From Octopus sinensis (lineage: Eukaryota), in assembly GCF_006345805.1 (NCBI RefSeq), contig NC_043010.1:37076001-37140000 (forward strand): DNA of 64,000 nucleotides. The letters run 5' to 3'. Every line of letters starts with the position of its first letter. Position 1 is the stretch's first letter. The notes beneath the pieces are model-generated. The model was not told where the DNA came from, searched no databases, and saw only the letters and a list, made by a program, of their open reading frames with translations. The position numbers and the translations under genes are program-made. Below are positions 37,985-52,328 of the stretch, one piece after another.

Positions 37985-38283
37985 GTTATGGTGAGTAGGG
38001 TTCTAGTTGATCCAATAAACAGAACAGCCTCCTTGTGAAATTAACATGCAAGTGGCTGAGTACTCCACAGACATGTACCCTTAACATAGTTCCCAAGAAG
38101 ATTCAGTGTGAGACAGACTGTGACAAGGCTGGCCCTTTGGAATAAGATACTTCTCACCTTTGCCAGCTGAATGGACTGCTGCAATGTGAAATAAAGCGTC
38201 TTGCCCAAGGACACAATGTGTCACTGGGAATCAAACTCACAACCTTACAATTTTGAGCCAAACGCCCCTAACTGCTAAGCCAA
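37985..38283 (-). mobile_element. SINE family D
   Basis: Colinear with the copies at 15834 and 23653. Confidence 0.75.
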
Positions 38284-38958
38284 GCAAGCAGAATCACTAC
38301 AGTGTGTGAGAAAAGGCTTGCTGCATTTTTTCCAGACCTTTTTTCTCCCGAGTTCAATTCTTCCCCAGATCAACTGTTACCTTTCGTCATTTCCAAATCA
38401 ATAAAATAAAATACCAAACAATTACTGGCTTGATATTATTACCTTAATCCCCTCCCCTCAAAATTGTTGGCCATGTTCCTAAATTAGAAACAATTGTTAT
38501 AATTATTTTTGTAATTAGAAGGGCCGATATATTGGCAGAATCATTAGATTATAGAAAAAAAGAAATGTCTTTCTGCATTTGATCCAGCTCTTCGTGTTCT
38601 CATCTTTATTCCTGCCAAGATCAACTTTGCCTCTAATCCTTCTCAGGTTCATAAAGTACCAGTCAACTTTTGACTAATTGACCAACCCGCTTCCTCTCAA
38701 AATTGTTGACTATGTGCCTAAGTCAGAAAAAAAGATCATCATCATCGTTGTTTTTATTATTAAAGGTGGCAAGCTCACAGAATCTCTAGTTTGCTGAACA
38801 AAATGTGCATAGCAGCACTTTGTCCATCTTCACATTCTGAGTTCATCGACTGAGGTAGACTTTGCCTTTCATCCTTTCAGGTTTGATAAAAATAAGCACC
38901 TGCTAAGCACTGGAGACTAGTCCTCTACTCCAAAATTTCATGCCTTGTGCTTATAGTT

Positions 38959-39307
38959 GAAAGGATTGAGTGACCCCCTTCGGTCACAAATCACCATGGG
39001 ATTGCACCTAGAAAGTTACCCTCTGAGGCACAAGTCCAGGCAAGGTTGTTTATGGAAGACCAGCAGTCACCCATGCATACCAGCCTCCCCTCTTCACACC
39101 ACCAACATTAACCAAGGGAAAACGGCAAAGGCCTATACAGCTTGGCACCAATGACATTGCAACTCATTTCTACAGCTGAGTGAGCTGGAGCAATGTGAAA
39201 TAAAGTGTCTTGCTCAAGAGCACAACACACAGCCTGGTCCAGGAATCAAACTCACAACCTCATGATCATAAGCTCGATACTCTAACCACTGAGCCATGCA
39301 CCTTCAC
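38959..39307 (-). mobile_element. SINE family E
   Basis: Reverse complement of 1140-1468. Confidence 0.8.
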
Positions 39308-39855
39308 CTTTATTATCATTATTATAAAGGGCCTGGTAGCCTCATTTGAGCATTCCACAAGATATCCTGTATTTATTTCAACTCTGTACGTTGTGTTCAA
39401 ATGCTACCAAAGCAAACTTTGTCTTTTATCCTTCCAGGTTCAGTAAAATAAAATAGCTTGTCAAGTTCACATATTGAATAAAAAATGTCTTGGGATATTT
39501 CCTTCTGCTTCTTTGCATTCTTATTTTGAATTCGTATCTTGCCATTCATCCTTTGGTTAAAATAAAGTACCAGTGAAGTACTGGGTTGGTTGTTATTGAC
39601 TGTCCTCACCTTCCAAAACACCAGGCCTTCTGACTATATTGGAAACAGTTGTTGTTGTTCTTCTTCTTATTATTATTATTATTATTGATTCTTGTGCTGG
39701 CAAGACATGTTTACTTGTGCTCCTATTTTTGCACAAGTTAAACAAATACACAACCTTCCCCAGCCAAACATTTGTGGAAGAAAAACAACAAAATATTAAC
39801 ATAGATTTTAAAGAAGGGGGAAAATAAAAATAGACAAAATGCTAACACCATCAAA

Positions 39856-39899
<44 letters not shown>

Positions 39900-40889
39900 A
39901 AGAGTAAAACCAAAAAAAAATTGACAGATATTGATGAAAATATTGACTTAGATATTTGCAGCAGAAAGCAAACAACATCATCACTCTCTCTTATACACAT
40001 ATGTGCACACACATTGTATGTGTGCACACATGCACAAATTTCGCCTAGCATAAAGGTTATTGGCTTCAGAAGCAGTTTTTGTTAACGTTTTTTTCCCCCT
40101 AAACATTTCTAGACTTATACAAGAAACATAGCCAGTGATATTTCATAAAAGAGCAAGCACATCAGCATATTTTCCTTGCCTGGGGAATATGACCAAGAAG
40201 AGTAGGCAAGCAGAAAATCGACATACCTTTGTCTTGCAAAAATCAGGTCAGCTTTCAGTGTGCCTTTGAAAGAGCAACTGAAGGAGGTCCTGGTTGATGA
40301 GTGTGCTAGCCTTTGGTGAAGACAACAACAATTAATTATGATAACCTAAAACTAACCCTACCCAGAGAATGTGAGGTGCTTAAAGCCATATGCAAGTCCA
40401 CAGCTTGTACAACCCAGTATCCCAATCTTGCTCATACATTTAATTTTGGTATGTTTTTCAATGACTATGTACCCTTCCTATCACCAGCCACTTTTCAGAG
40501 TGCACTGGGTACATTTTATTGAGCCACTTGCGCCAGAGAGGGACAGAGACAGAATCTCATGCAAAGAGATTTTTAAGAGTTCTCTTTATCCTATATCAGT
40601 TATTATTCAGGCTTTGTAAGGAAGTAAGCTGGCAGAACCATTAGCATGCCAGACAAAATGCTTAGCAAAATTTCATCTGTCTTTATTTTCTGAGCTCAGA
40701 TTCCGCTGAGGTTGACTTTGCCTTTTAACCTTTCCTGATTGAAAATAAGTACCAGTCAAATATTGGGGGTTGATGTAATTGACTTACCCCCACCCTCAAA
40801 ACTGCTGCCCTGTGCCAAAATTTGAAACCATTATCAAGGTTAGTACCCTTCTAGATAAAGAGCTTGTAGAGCATCATGTAAAGTCTATC

Positions 40890-41140
40890 TGAATACCTGG
40901 TGGCATGTTGTGTTCTTGAGCAAGACACTTTATTTCACATAGCTCCAGCCTGCTCAGCTGGCAAAAACGAATAGTACTTGTATTTCAAAGGGCCAGCCTT
41001 GTCGCATTCTGTGTCATGCTGAATCTCCCTGAGAGCTACATTAAGGATGCATGTGTCTGTGGAGTGCTCTGCTACACTTGCATGTTAATTTCTCAAGCAG
41101 GTGGATTGGTTCAACTGGGACCCTCATCATCATAACTGAC
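40890..41140 (+). mobile_element. SINE family D, head degraded
   Basis: GTGTTCTTGAGCAAGACACTTTATTTCAC...CAAAGGGCCAGCCTTGTC...CACTTGCATGTTAATTTC. Confidence 0.75.
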
Positions 41141-41519
41141 AAAATGCCAAAATAAGAAAAAAAAAAAGTTAGTTATACCAACTGCCAAGTTCTGTGTGAT
41201 AGAATGGTGTTTTGTTATTACTGAGAAAAATGGTTATGTAGACCATGGAAAGTTGCCAGATATGGGGAAGGTGCTAATAACAGTAATCTGAGGCTAATTT
41301 CATGACGTGGTAAACTTGCTGAGACTCAATGCCCAAATTCATAGAAGCATTTTCACTATGGCTTGGAGGCCATGTATTTATGATGCAGGAAGGGGTTTAG
41401 TAATTTTGCTATATTGAGCCTTTAATTCTCTTTGCTTGTTCAGACCTGATGAAATCACTAAACAAAGTTTTCACTAAATTCAAACACAAATTTTTATATA
41501 CAAGTGTATATGTGTGTGC

Positions 41520-41760
41520 ATATCATCGTCATTGTCTTTCTAACGTCTACTTTTCACACTTGTATAGGTTAGATGGAATTCATTGAGGCAGCTTTCTTTC
41601 AGCTGGATACCCTTCCTGTTGCCAACCCTCACTTGTTTCCAAGCAAGGTAATACTTCCCCATGGCCAGACATCTTTTCATGAAAGATTAGAAATGAGCAG
41701 CATGACTTGTACAGTAATGATGCGCGCTTCTGACCATCATATTATATGGAAACCAGGAGA
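41520..41760 (-). mobile_element. RTE-related SINE/LINE tail, second subfamily
   Basis: GGATACCCTTCCTGTTGCCAACCCTCACTTGTTTCCAAGCAAGGTAATA shared with about 43690-43830, 46720-46930, 56260-56400 and 57270-57520. A (GAT)n-type tail lies on the opposite strand. Confidence 0.55.
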
Positions 41761-42506
41761 CACAAATACACACATGTACAATGGGCTTCTTTCCAGTTTC
41801 CATCTGGTAAATGAACTTACAAGGTTTTGGTCAGTCAGTGGCTGTAGTAAAAGACACTTACTGAAGGAGCCATGCAGTAGAACCAAACCGAAAACCATCT
41901 GTTTGGGAAGCCAACTTCTTAACCACACAACCATGCCTGTGAATAATGATTTTCTTATCACTCTTTATCACTTTATTTATCATCTACATCACCAATTTAG
42001 CAGCACCAGTTTTGTTTAATTTCGAGCTAGCAAGTATTTTCATTTTAAATGCCTGTTTTCAATTTCATTTACCCAATTAGGAATATTGTTACTGACATCC
42101 ATACATATCGAATTTTAAATACAAAGCACTTTTAAAAATGATTGATACTTATTAAATTTTAATTTTTCTCTCATTTTCCCATTTAATCTATCTTCTCTGT
42201 CACTGATTGATCAGAAATGTTTATTGTCTGTTTTATATGATTATGGATTAATGAGTAAAAATGAAAATTCTGTTATGATTACTTGCTATTTTCTGAGATT
42301 TTAAGACCAAAATTTAGTGTGCATCTAACCAAATTATTATCCCAAGTTAATCTTTCAACTTAGAAAACTGGTTCATCACTCATACACATAAGTTTCTCCT
42401 GTATATTAGCTATACAGTTTTAGAAAATCTATTATTGCTTTGTACACAAACACTCAAATAGATATCCATAAATGTATGTGTGTGGATATATATGTGTCTG
42501 TATGTG

Positions 42507-42537
<31 letters not shown>

Positions 42538-43296
42538 ATATGTATGTATATATGTATGTGTGTGTACGTATTCATATATATATATGTATGTATATATGTA
42601 TGTGTGTGTACGTATTCATATATATATATGTATATATGTATGTGTGTGTACGTATTCATATATATATATGTATGTATATATGTATGTGTGTGTACGTATT
42701 CATATATATATATGTATGTATATATGTATGTGTGTGTACGTATTCATGTATATAAGTATGTATGTGTGCATGTATATACATATGTGAATGCATGTACATA
42801 TGTATGTGTGTGCATGTATATACGGGGTTGGCCAAAAGTCACCCGACAGTAAATCAAAATTCCAAAAATACTTAATATTCAATATCAATTATTCATTTGG
42901 GAAAATGGTGTCGCTCAAGAAGGACTTCAGTTTGAACAATTTCCATGATGCTTCATTTTTAGATGCTTTTTTTATTTAAGTTCGTTCAATTGTTAAACAT
43001 AAATAAATCTTGAGTATTAAATGGTTTTGGTTTATGTGTGTGCGTGTGTATATGTCTGTGTTTGTACATAAGTTAGTATATGTGTGTGTATATAAGTATG
43101 TATGTGTGGATGCATGTGTATGTGTGTCTGTAAATACTTATGTGTGCATATATAGATACTTATGTCTGTATATGTGTGTATACATGTGTGTGTGTGTACA
43201 TACACATATGTATGCGTGTATGTATGGGTATATGTGTGCAATGTGTATATGTATGTGTGCATGTATGGATAGGTGTGTGTATATATGTATATATAA

Positions 43297-43625
43297 GTGC
43301 AGGCGTGGCTGTGTGATAAATAGCTTGCTTACCAAGCACATGGTTCTGGGTTCAGTTCCATTGTGAGTGGAATTGTTAGACGGAAACTGAAAGAAGCCTG
43401 TTGTATATATATGTGTGTGTGCATATGTTTGTGTGTCTGTGTTTATTCCCCACCATCGCTTGACAGCCGATGTTGGTGTGTTTACATCCCTGTAACTTAG
43501 TTCGGCAAAAATGACAGAGTAAGTACTAGGCTTACAAAGAATAAGTCCTGGAATCGATTTTTTTCAACTAAAGGTGGTGCTCCAGCATGGGCGCAGTCAA
43601 ATGACTAAAACAAATAAAAGAATAA
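43297..43625 (+). mobile_element. SINE family A, internally deleted
   Basis: Family A head and tail are present, but the CORE-like block is missing. Confidence 0.75.
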
Positions 43626-44471
43626 AAAATATAATCAAATAAAAGAATGTACGTGAATGCGTGGATGTATACATATATATCTTCCTTGTCATCATCATCC
43701 TCACTATTTTAACATCCCCTTCTCCATGCTCCCACGAGTCAGGTGAAATTCCTCAAGGCCGATTTTCTATAGCGTGATGTCCTTCCTATGGCCAACCCTT
43801 ACCTGTTTCCAAATAACATTATATAATTCCCTTACTCTCCTTTAAACATGAATAACACCATGGCTGACATGGTTTCACGTCAGATTGCAAATGACCAGCA
43901 ACTAACTCTACTATACCAATAATTTATCAGAATGTTTTCCCACCATGGCCATCTCAGCTTTTCAATGAAATCAGAAAGGTTGGGGGTTTTTCTTTCTTTT
44001 TTTTTTTCACATAACAAAAAGCGTTTCATTTTTAACTTTCCCATATTTTCTATGAAGTCAGTTTCTTCTCCAATTATGACCATCCTGTCTTTTGTTTATG
44101 GTTTCAGAGGTTTTCTTTTTCATTTTTTCTTTCACATTAGTAACAATGAAAATATTCCAATCATGACCAACATTTCAAATTTAAAACTTCAACTCAAATA
44201 GAGACAGTATAGTTTAAAATTAATAAACGAAATATATGAATATGAAAATTTATGAAAATACTTTTATTGCAGTGCAAATTTATTTTTAGACTGTTAGTTT
44301 CATTATAACAAAATTTCACCTGCATATGTACTTTATATATATATATGTGTATGTGTGTGTGTGTGTGTGTGTGCATGTGTGCCTGTGTACTTTTCCATTC
44401 TTCCCAAATGTCAAACTAATACAACTGCTTGTTCCCTCACCTGTTTTGGTCTTTTGTTTTCTATACATTTG

Positions 44472-44652
44472 TGTGGCTGTATGGTAAGTAGCTTGCTTAC
44501 CAACCACATAGTTCCAGGTTCATTCCCACTGCGTGGCACCTTGGGCAAGTGTCTTCTACTATAGCCTCGGGCCGACCAAAGCCTTATGAGTGGATTTGGT
44601 AGACGGAAACTGAAAGAAGCCCGTTGTATGTATATATATGTATGTATGTATA

Positions 44653-44694
<42 letters not shown>

Positions 44695-44883
44695 ATGTGT
44701 GTGTATATGTTTGTCCCCCCCAACATCACTTAACAACCGATACTGTTATGTTTACACCCCATAACTTAGCGGTTCAGCAAAAGAGGCCGATAGAATAAAT
44801 ACTAGGCTTCCAAAGAATAAGTCTTGAGGTCGATTTGCTCAACTAAAAGGCTGAAATGAGTAAAAGAGTAAAAGAGTAAAGAG
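44472..44883 (+). mobile_element. SINE family A
   Basis: Family A layout with an expanded internal (TA)n and a (GAGTAAAA)n tail. Confidence 0.8.
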
Positions 44884-44914
<31 letters not shown>

Positions 44915-46319
44915 GACACTGAACTAGGAACCAATCCTGAGTTGGATCTACCGTTTGTATGGATTCGGTACCTGTGTGTATATATGCATTTGTCTATATG
45001 TAGATGTATATGTGCACACTTTCAACATACAACCAGCTAATAGTAACTTCAGTCATTCCTGAGTATTGTACATCCAGTGTCCAACATTTCCTAGCACCAT
45101 ACATGTTGAAATACCTAGATTCTAATGAATCCTGCAACTGAGGATATATATATGTACTTATATGTGTGTGTGTATATTTATACATATGTGTGTGTTTGTG
45201 TATGTACTTAAATGTGTGTACATACATGTATGTGTGTATATGTGTACATATATGTATGTATATGTATGTACATATATACGTGTATGTATGTGTATGTATG
45301 TACATGTGTGTTTATGTGTGTACATATAAATATATATGTCTATGTATGTGTGTACAAATATATGTATAAATACACGCACAAACACACACACACACACACA
45401 CACACACTGTCACAGTCACATAGAACTTATTAGTGAGCTAGAATAATTCCCTGGGGTAGTTTAGCTAAAATTGAAAAAAAATATAACAAAAGGAAGATAA
45501 CAATAGAAGGTTCATGAAGTTCAGAAAACCAATGGTTTTTGGCCATAATTAGTTGTTTATTGTTTGTTGATTTCTCTACAAATCACATGATTTTTCAGAC
45601 ACAATCTAATTGGTTCATATCTTTAAAAATCTTCAGATTTTCTTTCTTTCAAATTTGCATGTTTGTATATTTGCATTGAAATTATTAGCCGATAAAAACT
45701 GCCTTATATTTTAATGTGTGGGGCTTGTGTTTGCATCTGTATGCATGCATGTCCATTGGGGCATGTGTATGCATGCATGTCCATTGGAACAGTGAGGTCC
45801 ATCTAGTCATCCTGGGCTTGGGTTTGGGGTTAGGGTTGGGCTTTGTAGGTACCTTGTTAACTGATCAGGCCAAGTCATAACTGGTAGGTTCTCTAGCAGT
45901 GTGGACAGAAAATGGTTGTGGAGATTTCTTGGTACTGGTTTTCATGGCCTGCTTGCATTGTTCAGCTGCATCAATCCCGTTGGTTTCACATGTTTGCATG
46001 TCCTTGCAGACTGCTGATCACTACTTGCTTCAGTCCTGAGCTATTAGCTCTCATGTGATATGGCTGATGTACATACACACACGGTACACGCACACGCATA
46101 TATATAGTATGTATGTATCTACATATATAGATGGTGATGAGCATGCCAGGTGAAATGTTTAGTGGTACTTTTAGTCATCCTAATGTTTTGAGTTCAAATT
46201 CCATCAAGATTGACTTTGTCTTTCATCATTTTGGGGTCAATAAAATAAGTACCATTTGAGCACTGGGGTCAGTGTAATTGACTTTTAACTGCTCTTGGGT
46301 AAGCATGTAAAAGCTGTAC

Positions 46320-46540
46320 CCCTTTGTCAAGCCAGGGTGGCCCTCGTGTCGGTGGCACATAAAAGCACCCACTATACTCTTGGAGTGGTTAGCATTAGGA
46401 AGGGCATCCAGCTGTAGAAACTCTGCCAGATCAAGATTGGAGCCTGGTGCAGACATCTGGTTCGCCAGTCCTCAGTCAAATTGTCCAACCCATGCTAACA
46501 TGGAATACGGATGTTAAACGATGTTGATGATGATGATGAC
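46320..46540 (+). mobile_element. RTE-type 3' end (family C)
   Basis: Same tail as 12897, ending (GAT)n. Confidence 0.7.
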
Positions 46541-47507
46541 CGTTTGGTTAAAAAGTTCATCTCCCAATCCCACAGTTTTAGGCTCGGTTCCACTGCATGG
46601 CACATTGGCCAAGTGTCTTCTACTATAGCCCTGGACTGACCAAAGCTTTGTGAGTAGGTTTGGCACATGGAAACTGAAAGAATCCTATTGTGTGTGTGCG
46701 TGTGTGTCCCCTTGTCTTGACATTGTGCAATAATCGTAAGCAAGTGTCACTGTCATACAAGCAGTGTTGCTCATTCCCGGTCTTCCATGAAAACATGTCC
46801 TGTCATGGAGGGAATATTACCTTGCTTGGAATTACAAGTGAGGGTTATTGACTGGAAGGGCATCCAACCATAGAAAATCTGCGAATTCCGCCTGACCCAT
46901 GCAAGCATAGAAAAAGAAAATGTTAAGACAACACCAACAAGGATGGCCGTGTGTGCATGTGTGCGCTTATATATTGCTGTATGCATAACAGTCGCACTTA
47001 TTGTATTTTATTTGCGTTTTGGATCGGTGATAGATGGTTCATTCATTTATTTATTATTTATTTACTTTATTTTTCCATTTTTATTAAAAAAAAAAAAAAA
47101 AAGGACACCAAAATATTTTCCTGTTTCATTAGAAAGCTTAAATGCTTGGGGCAGAAGTGATATTTGTTGCATCTAATTGTGAAAAACACAAGCTTTACAG
47201 CAGAGAAAGAAATGTGGAGGTGGAGCGAGCAGGGGTTGGGGGGAAGCACGAAACCAATGACAACAACAAGACAACAACAAAAATAGCAATAAGTTAAAAA
47301 AAAAACACAAACAGACAAGCATGAAACGAGAATGAAACTTTATTAATTTGTAGGTATTCATTAAATTTGTAATATCGATTTTATAATGTATTATAGAGGA
47401 GGGAAGGTGGGTATTTTTGTTGTTAGTTTTTTTTTTCTTTGTTAGTTCCTTTAATATTTTATTTCTTAATCTTAATGTCGGCAGAAATAAACAAAAGCTC
47501 TAAAATT

Positions 47508-47576
<69 letters not shown>

Positions 47577-47612
47577 ATATATATAAACATACATCTTATA
47601 CATATATACATC

Positions 47613-47670
<58 letters not shown>

Positions 47671-47817
47671 ATATATACATACACACACTACACACATGCA
47701 TGAATGCACACACATACATAGTGCGTGTTGTTTGAGAATGTGTTTGTGTATGTATACAGGCATCAACATACATATATATGAACACACACATATACATACA
47801 TACATACATACATACAC

Positions 47818-47866
<49 letters not shown>

Positions 47867-47893
47867 CATACAGACACACACACATACACACAC

Positions 47894-47928
<35 letters not shown>

Positions 47929-49219
47929 TGCATGCACAGAAAATCACACACACAGAGCGTTTGTTTAAAAGATATATAAAGTTAGTGAATCACATCTTGG
48001 TATTTATTTTTAATTTTCCTTTGTGCTCACTCTCTCTGACTTTTCTCTCTCTCTCTCTCTGACTTTTCTCTCTCTCTCTCTGACTTTTCTCTCTCTCTCT
48101 CTCTCTCATTCTCACTCCCCTTCCTCACACGCATACCCTCTCATCCGTTAATAATTCTGTTTAAAAATCAATACAAGGACAGTCTTGTAAAATAAACACT
48201 TAGGATGAAACAAGACTGATTGGTGGCTGCGTTGATGGTGTATGGGATGATGTTGGCAGTGGTGGCTGGTGGTTGTAGTCAAGGTTGTTGTTGTGGCGGT
48301 GTTTCAAATCTTCTGGTAGCAAGTGGTACGGATGGTAATGACCAAGGTGGTGTTGTTGCTATGGTGGTGTTACTGTTTTGCTCCAGTTCAACAGTGATTG
48401 AGCAAATAGACCTATGATCAATGATGCTCCAACAATGACCATCCCATCTTTTATTCAAATTGTATAGCTAAAGTCTATTCTAATTATTCCAATAAGTTTC
48501 TATAACAGTAGCCTGCGATTTGAGTGACATCTGGCTGTTATTTCTAACAATTCGGTCGACTACCTAAAGGCTTCTTTGACTAAGGTAACCATGTAAAAGC
48601 CTCAGAGTTCAATTCTTCTCTCTATGGGTTTCAATTAAGGCTTTTTCTCTCATAGTCTCAACCACCATCTTGGCTATCATTCATCATCATCGTCATTGTC
48701 ATTGTTACAGGCATCATTTCTACTAGTAGAATTACTATGCTGTCACTGACAGCAATTCATCATTATCATACCATCAGCAGCATCACCATCACCACCACCA
48801 CCCCTATGGTTACCATCATCACCACAACCATACTAACACTGCTATTATCATCTTCTCTTCCATCGTTACTATCAGCATCACTGTCACCACTATAGACGCT
48901 ATACTATTAACTATCATCATCATCATCATTATCATCATCTCTACCTTTACCTTTTTACATCCGTCGTCGCTGCCATCGCTACTTCCATTATACTATTAGT
49001 GCCACTTAGCCTTCACCACCATTACCATTATCAATTATCACGACCACCATCAATATCCTTCCCTATCACCCACTTAGAAAAGGGATGGATAAGCTCTATG
49101 ACAATCATCGCAGATGGAGTCATCCCTCTCCAGCAGCACACATCATTACAACTCTAGTTATATATGTATATGTGCACCATGGCGTATGTGTATGCATTGT
49201 GTATATCACTGCACTATGC

Positions 49220-49280
<61 letters not shown>

Positions 49281-49834
49281 TTTTCCCTCTCTCTTTCTCT
49301 CACTCATTCACTCACTCTGTATAAATGGCTTCCTCTGTGAAAATTCATTTATGCAGGTGAAACACTCTTCAAATCTAGTAGCTCATAAACTTAGCATATT
49401 TTATCATTTCTCCCAGGGGTGCTGATCTGACATATGCCAGTCTCAGCTAAGTGAATAATTATTTATTATCTCTTTATGCCACTTTTATTTTTGCATTGGA
49501 AGCCTCGCCTTGAAATGCAAATTACGTCCAAGATTGAATGACTAGCCACATCAACGCTGGCTCCACATTCCTGCCGCCGCTCTTTCTTTCCTATCACAAG
49601 TGTGACCCCTTCTTCCACTTTCATCTTGACAGATATGATCAACCCTCACCCATTATTACTCAAATTCTGAACACACCGTGCCAGTCTAAGCTTCCCACTC
49701 CATGTTTAGGAATCCATACACTCTAAACAAACCAACCCGCCTGTCATCATCTTCTCTTCTTTCCTACCATCTAACTGAGAGCTCTTTTAGCAGCAATACA
49801 AAGAGATGTGAGTCCAAGCTCTAGCAATGTAGAG

Positions 49835-50031
49835 CATTGCTCTGCAACCTTTTTTTTTTTTTTTCTCACTTGTGGTACACTTGTATTCTTTCCAAAATTT
49901 GGTGGCACACCTGAGCTAAAAATATAGCTAATAGTATCGGGGAAAAAATTACATTCAGGTTACACTACGGCACACCTAGCATCATCTTGTGGGACACCAG
50001 TGTGCCATGGCATAACCGTTGCAGAGCACTG
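49835..50031. mobile_element. hAT (Charlie-like) MITE
   Basis: 15-bp TIRs CATTGCTCTGCAACC / CGTTGCAGAGCACTG and a perfect 8-bp TSD ATGTAGAG (49827 and 50032). Confidence 0.9.
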
Positions 50032-51009
50032 ATGTAGAGAACAGTAAGTCTGAATGATGTGTTATAAAGGGAAGATATAGTCTCTGCTAGTTGCTGTAAC
50101 GGCAACCTCTCTTAGAAAGCAGAAATTTGAATTAAAATTTTTATGGAACAGACTAAGCTCTGCAAGCCACAATGAAGACAACTCATCTAGGAGACCAGCG
50201 GCTTTGTATAAAAACTTGAATAGTGTGAAGGGGAGCAGTTTAGTGCTGATGTACAACTCCTGTGTCGATAGCATAGTTTAAGAACATTTACTTCGTGTTG
50301 GAAAGTGGTTGGTGATAGGAAGATGAGTCAACCACGAAAGTCATGCCAATTGCAATGAGAAATTGGAGTTGTACTTATACAGGTCTAACGCAATGAACAT
50401 GTTACTATTTGGCTTGATAGGTGGTTCGTCTAGTCATCAATCAATCAATCAATCAACCTTCAATGTAGTTGAAAAATCAGTTTCAATCAGTCAGAATTCA
50501 CAGTATGGATTATACTATTCATCCTTTTGATTGCTGAATACAAAAACATTGTTTGCAAGACCTTTTTTGGGTCATTTGTCTGAGTCACCGTCTCATCTTT
50601 GTATGTCAGTCTGTCACAAAGTTACCCATTTACATCTGAGTGGACTGGGGCAATGTGAAATGAGGTATTTTACTGAAGAACACAACACATAGCAGGTCTG
50701 GGAATCGAAAGCCTGATCTCGCAGTCTTCAGTGCAAAACTCTAACTGCTAGGCCACATGCCTTCTGGTAGGAAACATCAGTCCATAACTGAGAACCTCAA
50801 GAGATCACATTAGCTTGAAGAGAAGCTAGTCATCAAACATATATAATGCAGAGGGAAATTGAAAGAGAGTTGCCAATTTGCCAATGTTCTGTGATAAGAG
50901 TTTTAGAGGTTTGTAGTGTTCCATGTTGCAAAATATATCAGTGTGAATCAAGATGGTATTTGAGAAAAGTGTGTACCGAATGATAGCAGCACTCTTGAAG
51001 ATACTTGAA

Positions 51010-51350
51010 AATGCTACTTTGAGATGTTAAGGAATGAGCAGAATGCAAAAGGGAAAGAGCACCCCCAACTAGACTCATCAGAGCTATTGGAGTTGACAGT
51101 TATATATTGAAAGAACAATTAAGAATATGAAGACAAAAAAAAAAATCTGGATTGTTAGGAGTTGCTAAGATACTGAAAATATTGGCAAAGTAGCATAATC
51201 AGTTACAAGTGCAAAAGAGATGCTGGAAAGAAGCAATTATGAGGGCATCAAACTGATGGAGGAAGTTATGAAAGTCACAAAAGGGATTACAGAAAAATTG
51301 ACTACAAGGAGAATTTAGTTTGAGTGAGATGCAGTTTGGGTTTGTACCAC
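51010..51350 (+). pseudogene. Degraded RTE-clade LINE reverse transcriptase fragment
   Basis: Frameshifted pieces CYFEMLRNEQN (51012), ERTIKNMKT (51109), ERSNYEGIKLMEEVMKV (about 51226) and LSEMQFGFVP (about 51320). These match the NYRGIKL..MKV..MQFGF.P N-terminal RT motifs typical of RTE elements. Confidence 0.7.
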
Positions 51351-51423
51351 TTTGGGAACCCACATCCTGCTGATGCCCACTTCCTTTTTTTTGTCTGCTT
51401 TTCTATGCTTGCATGGGTTAGAC

Positions 51424-51677
51424 TAGTATTTCTCAACCATTTTTTTTTTACCTATGCACCCCTTTGATTCCCGTTCTATTCAGATGGTCTCAGTTAGCCA
51501 TTCCATGTTAAAAAAATATATATCTTTATAATTAAATGTTATTGCAAGTTATATTAAAACACTGTTAAAATATTTTGTGCATGGTAGACGTATCACCAAT
51601 TAATTTCAGGTAAATTTTAACAGCAAAATCTTATATGAACTCTTAAAGGCCATATTAATCCTGGTTGAGAATTACTG
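51424..51677. mobile_element. hAT-type MITE, same family as 160-491
   Basis: TIRs TAGTATTTCTCAACC / GGTTGAGAATTACTG. The 8-bp flanks GGTTAGAC and GGCTAGAT match 6/8. Confidence 0.7.
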
Positions 51678-52120
51678 GGCTAGATAAATAACATTGTTTT
51701 TCAGCCAGATACCCTTACTATTGCTTGTTTTCCAAATCAGGGTTTATTTTAGAAACCTCTTCTAAAGGGTAGAGCTTAGAGATGATTTCTTGACAGAGTA
51801 CAACAAGCATCATGGTTTCTAGCTAAGCACTTTTTCAGGCAAATAGTCACACACACACACACACATTGGGTTTTGTACTGTTGCCTTCCACCAAATTTAC
51901 TCAGAAAGTATTGACCCCAGTACTAGAGAAGAAAATACATTTTCAAGGTATGTGCAGTGGGACTGAACCTAAAACCACATTGTTGAGAAGCAAGCTTTTT
52001 AATCACACACTATGCCTATAAATACATACCATTCATACATGTGTGTGTGTGTATATGCATGTGTGTGTGTGTGTGTGTGTGCGTATATGCATGTGTATGA
52101 ATCTGGATATATATTCACAT

Positions 52121-52286
52121 GTAGGCGTGGGAGTGGCTGTGTGGTAAGTAGCTTGCTTACCAATCACATGGTTCCAGGTTCAGTCCCACTGCGTGGCACC
52201 TTGGGCAAGAGTCTTCTACTATAGTTTTGGGCCGACCAAAGCCTTTTTGAGTGGATTTGGTAGACGGAAACTGAAAGAAGCCTGTC

Positions 52287-52328
<42 letters not shown>

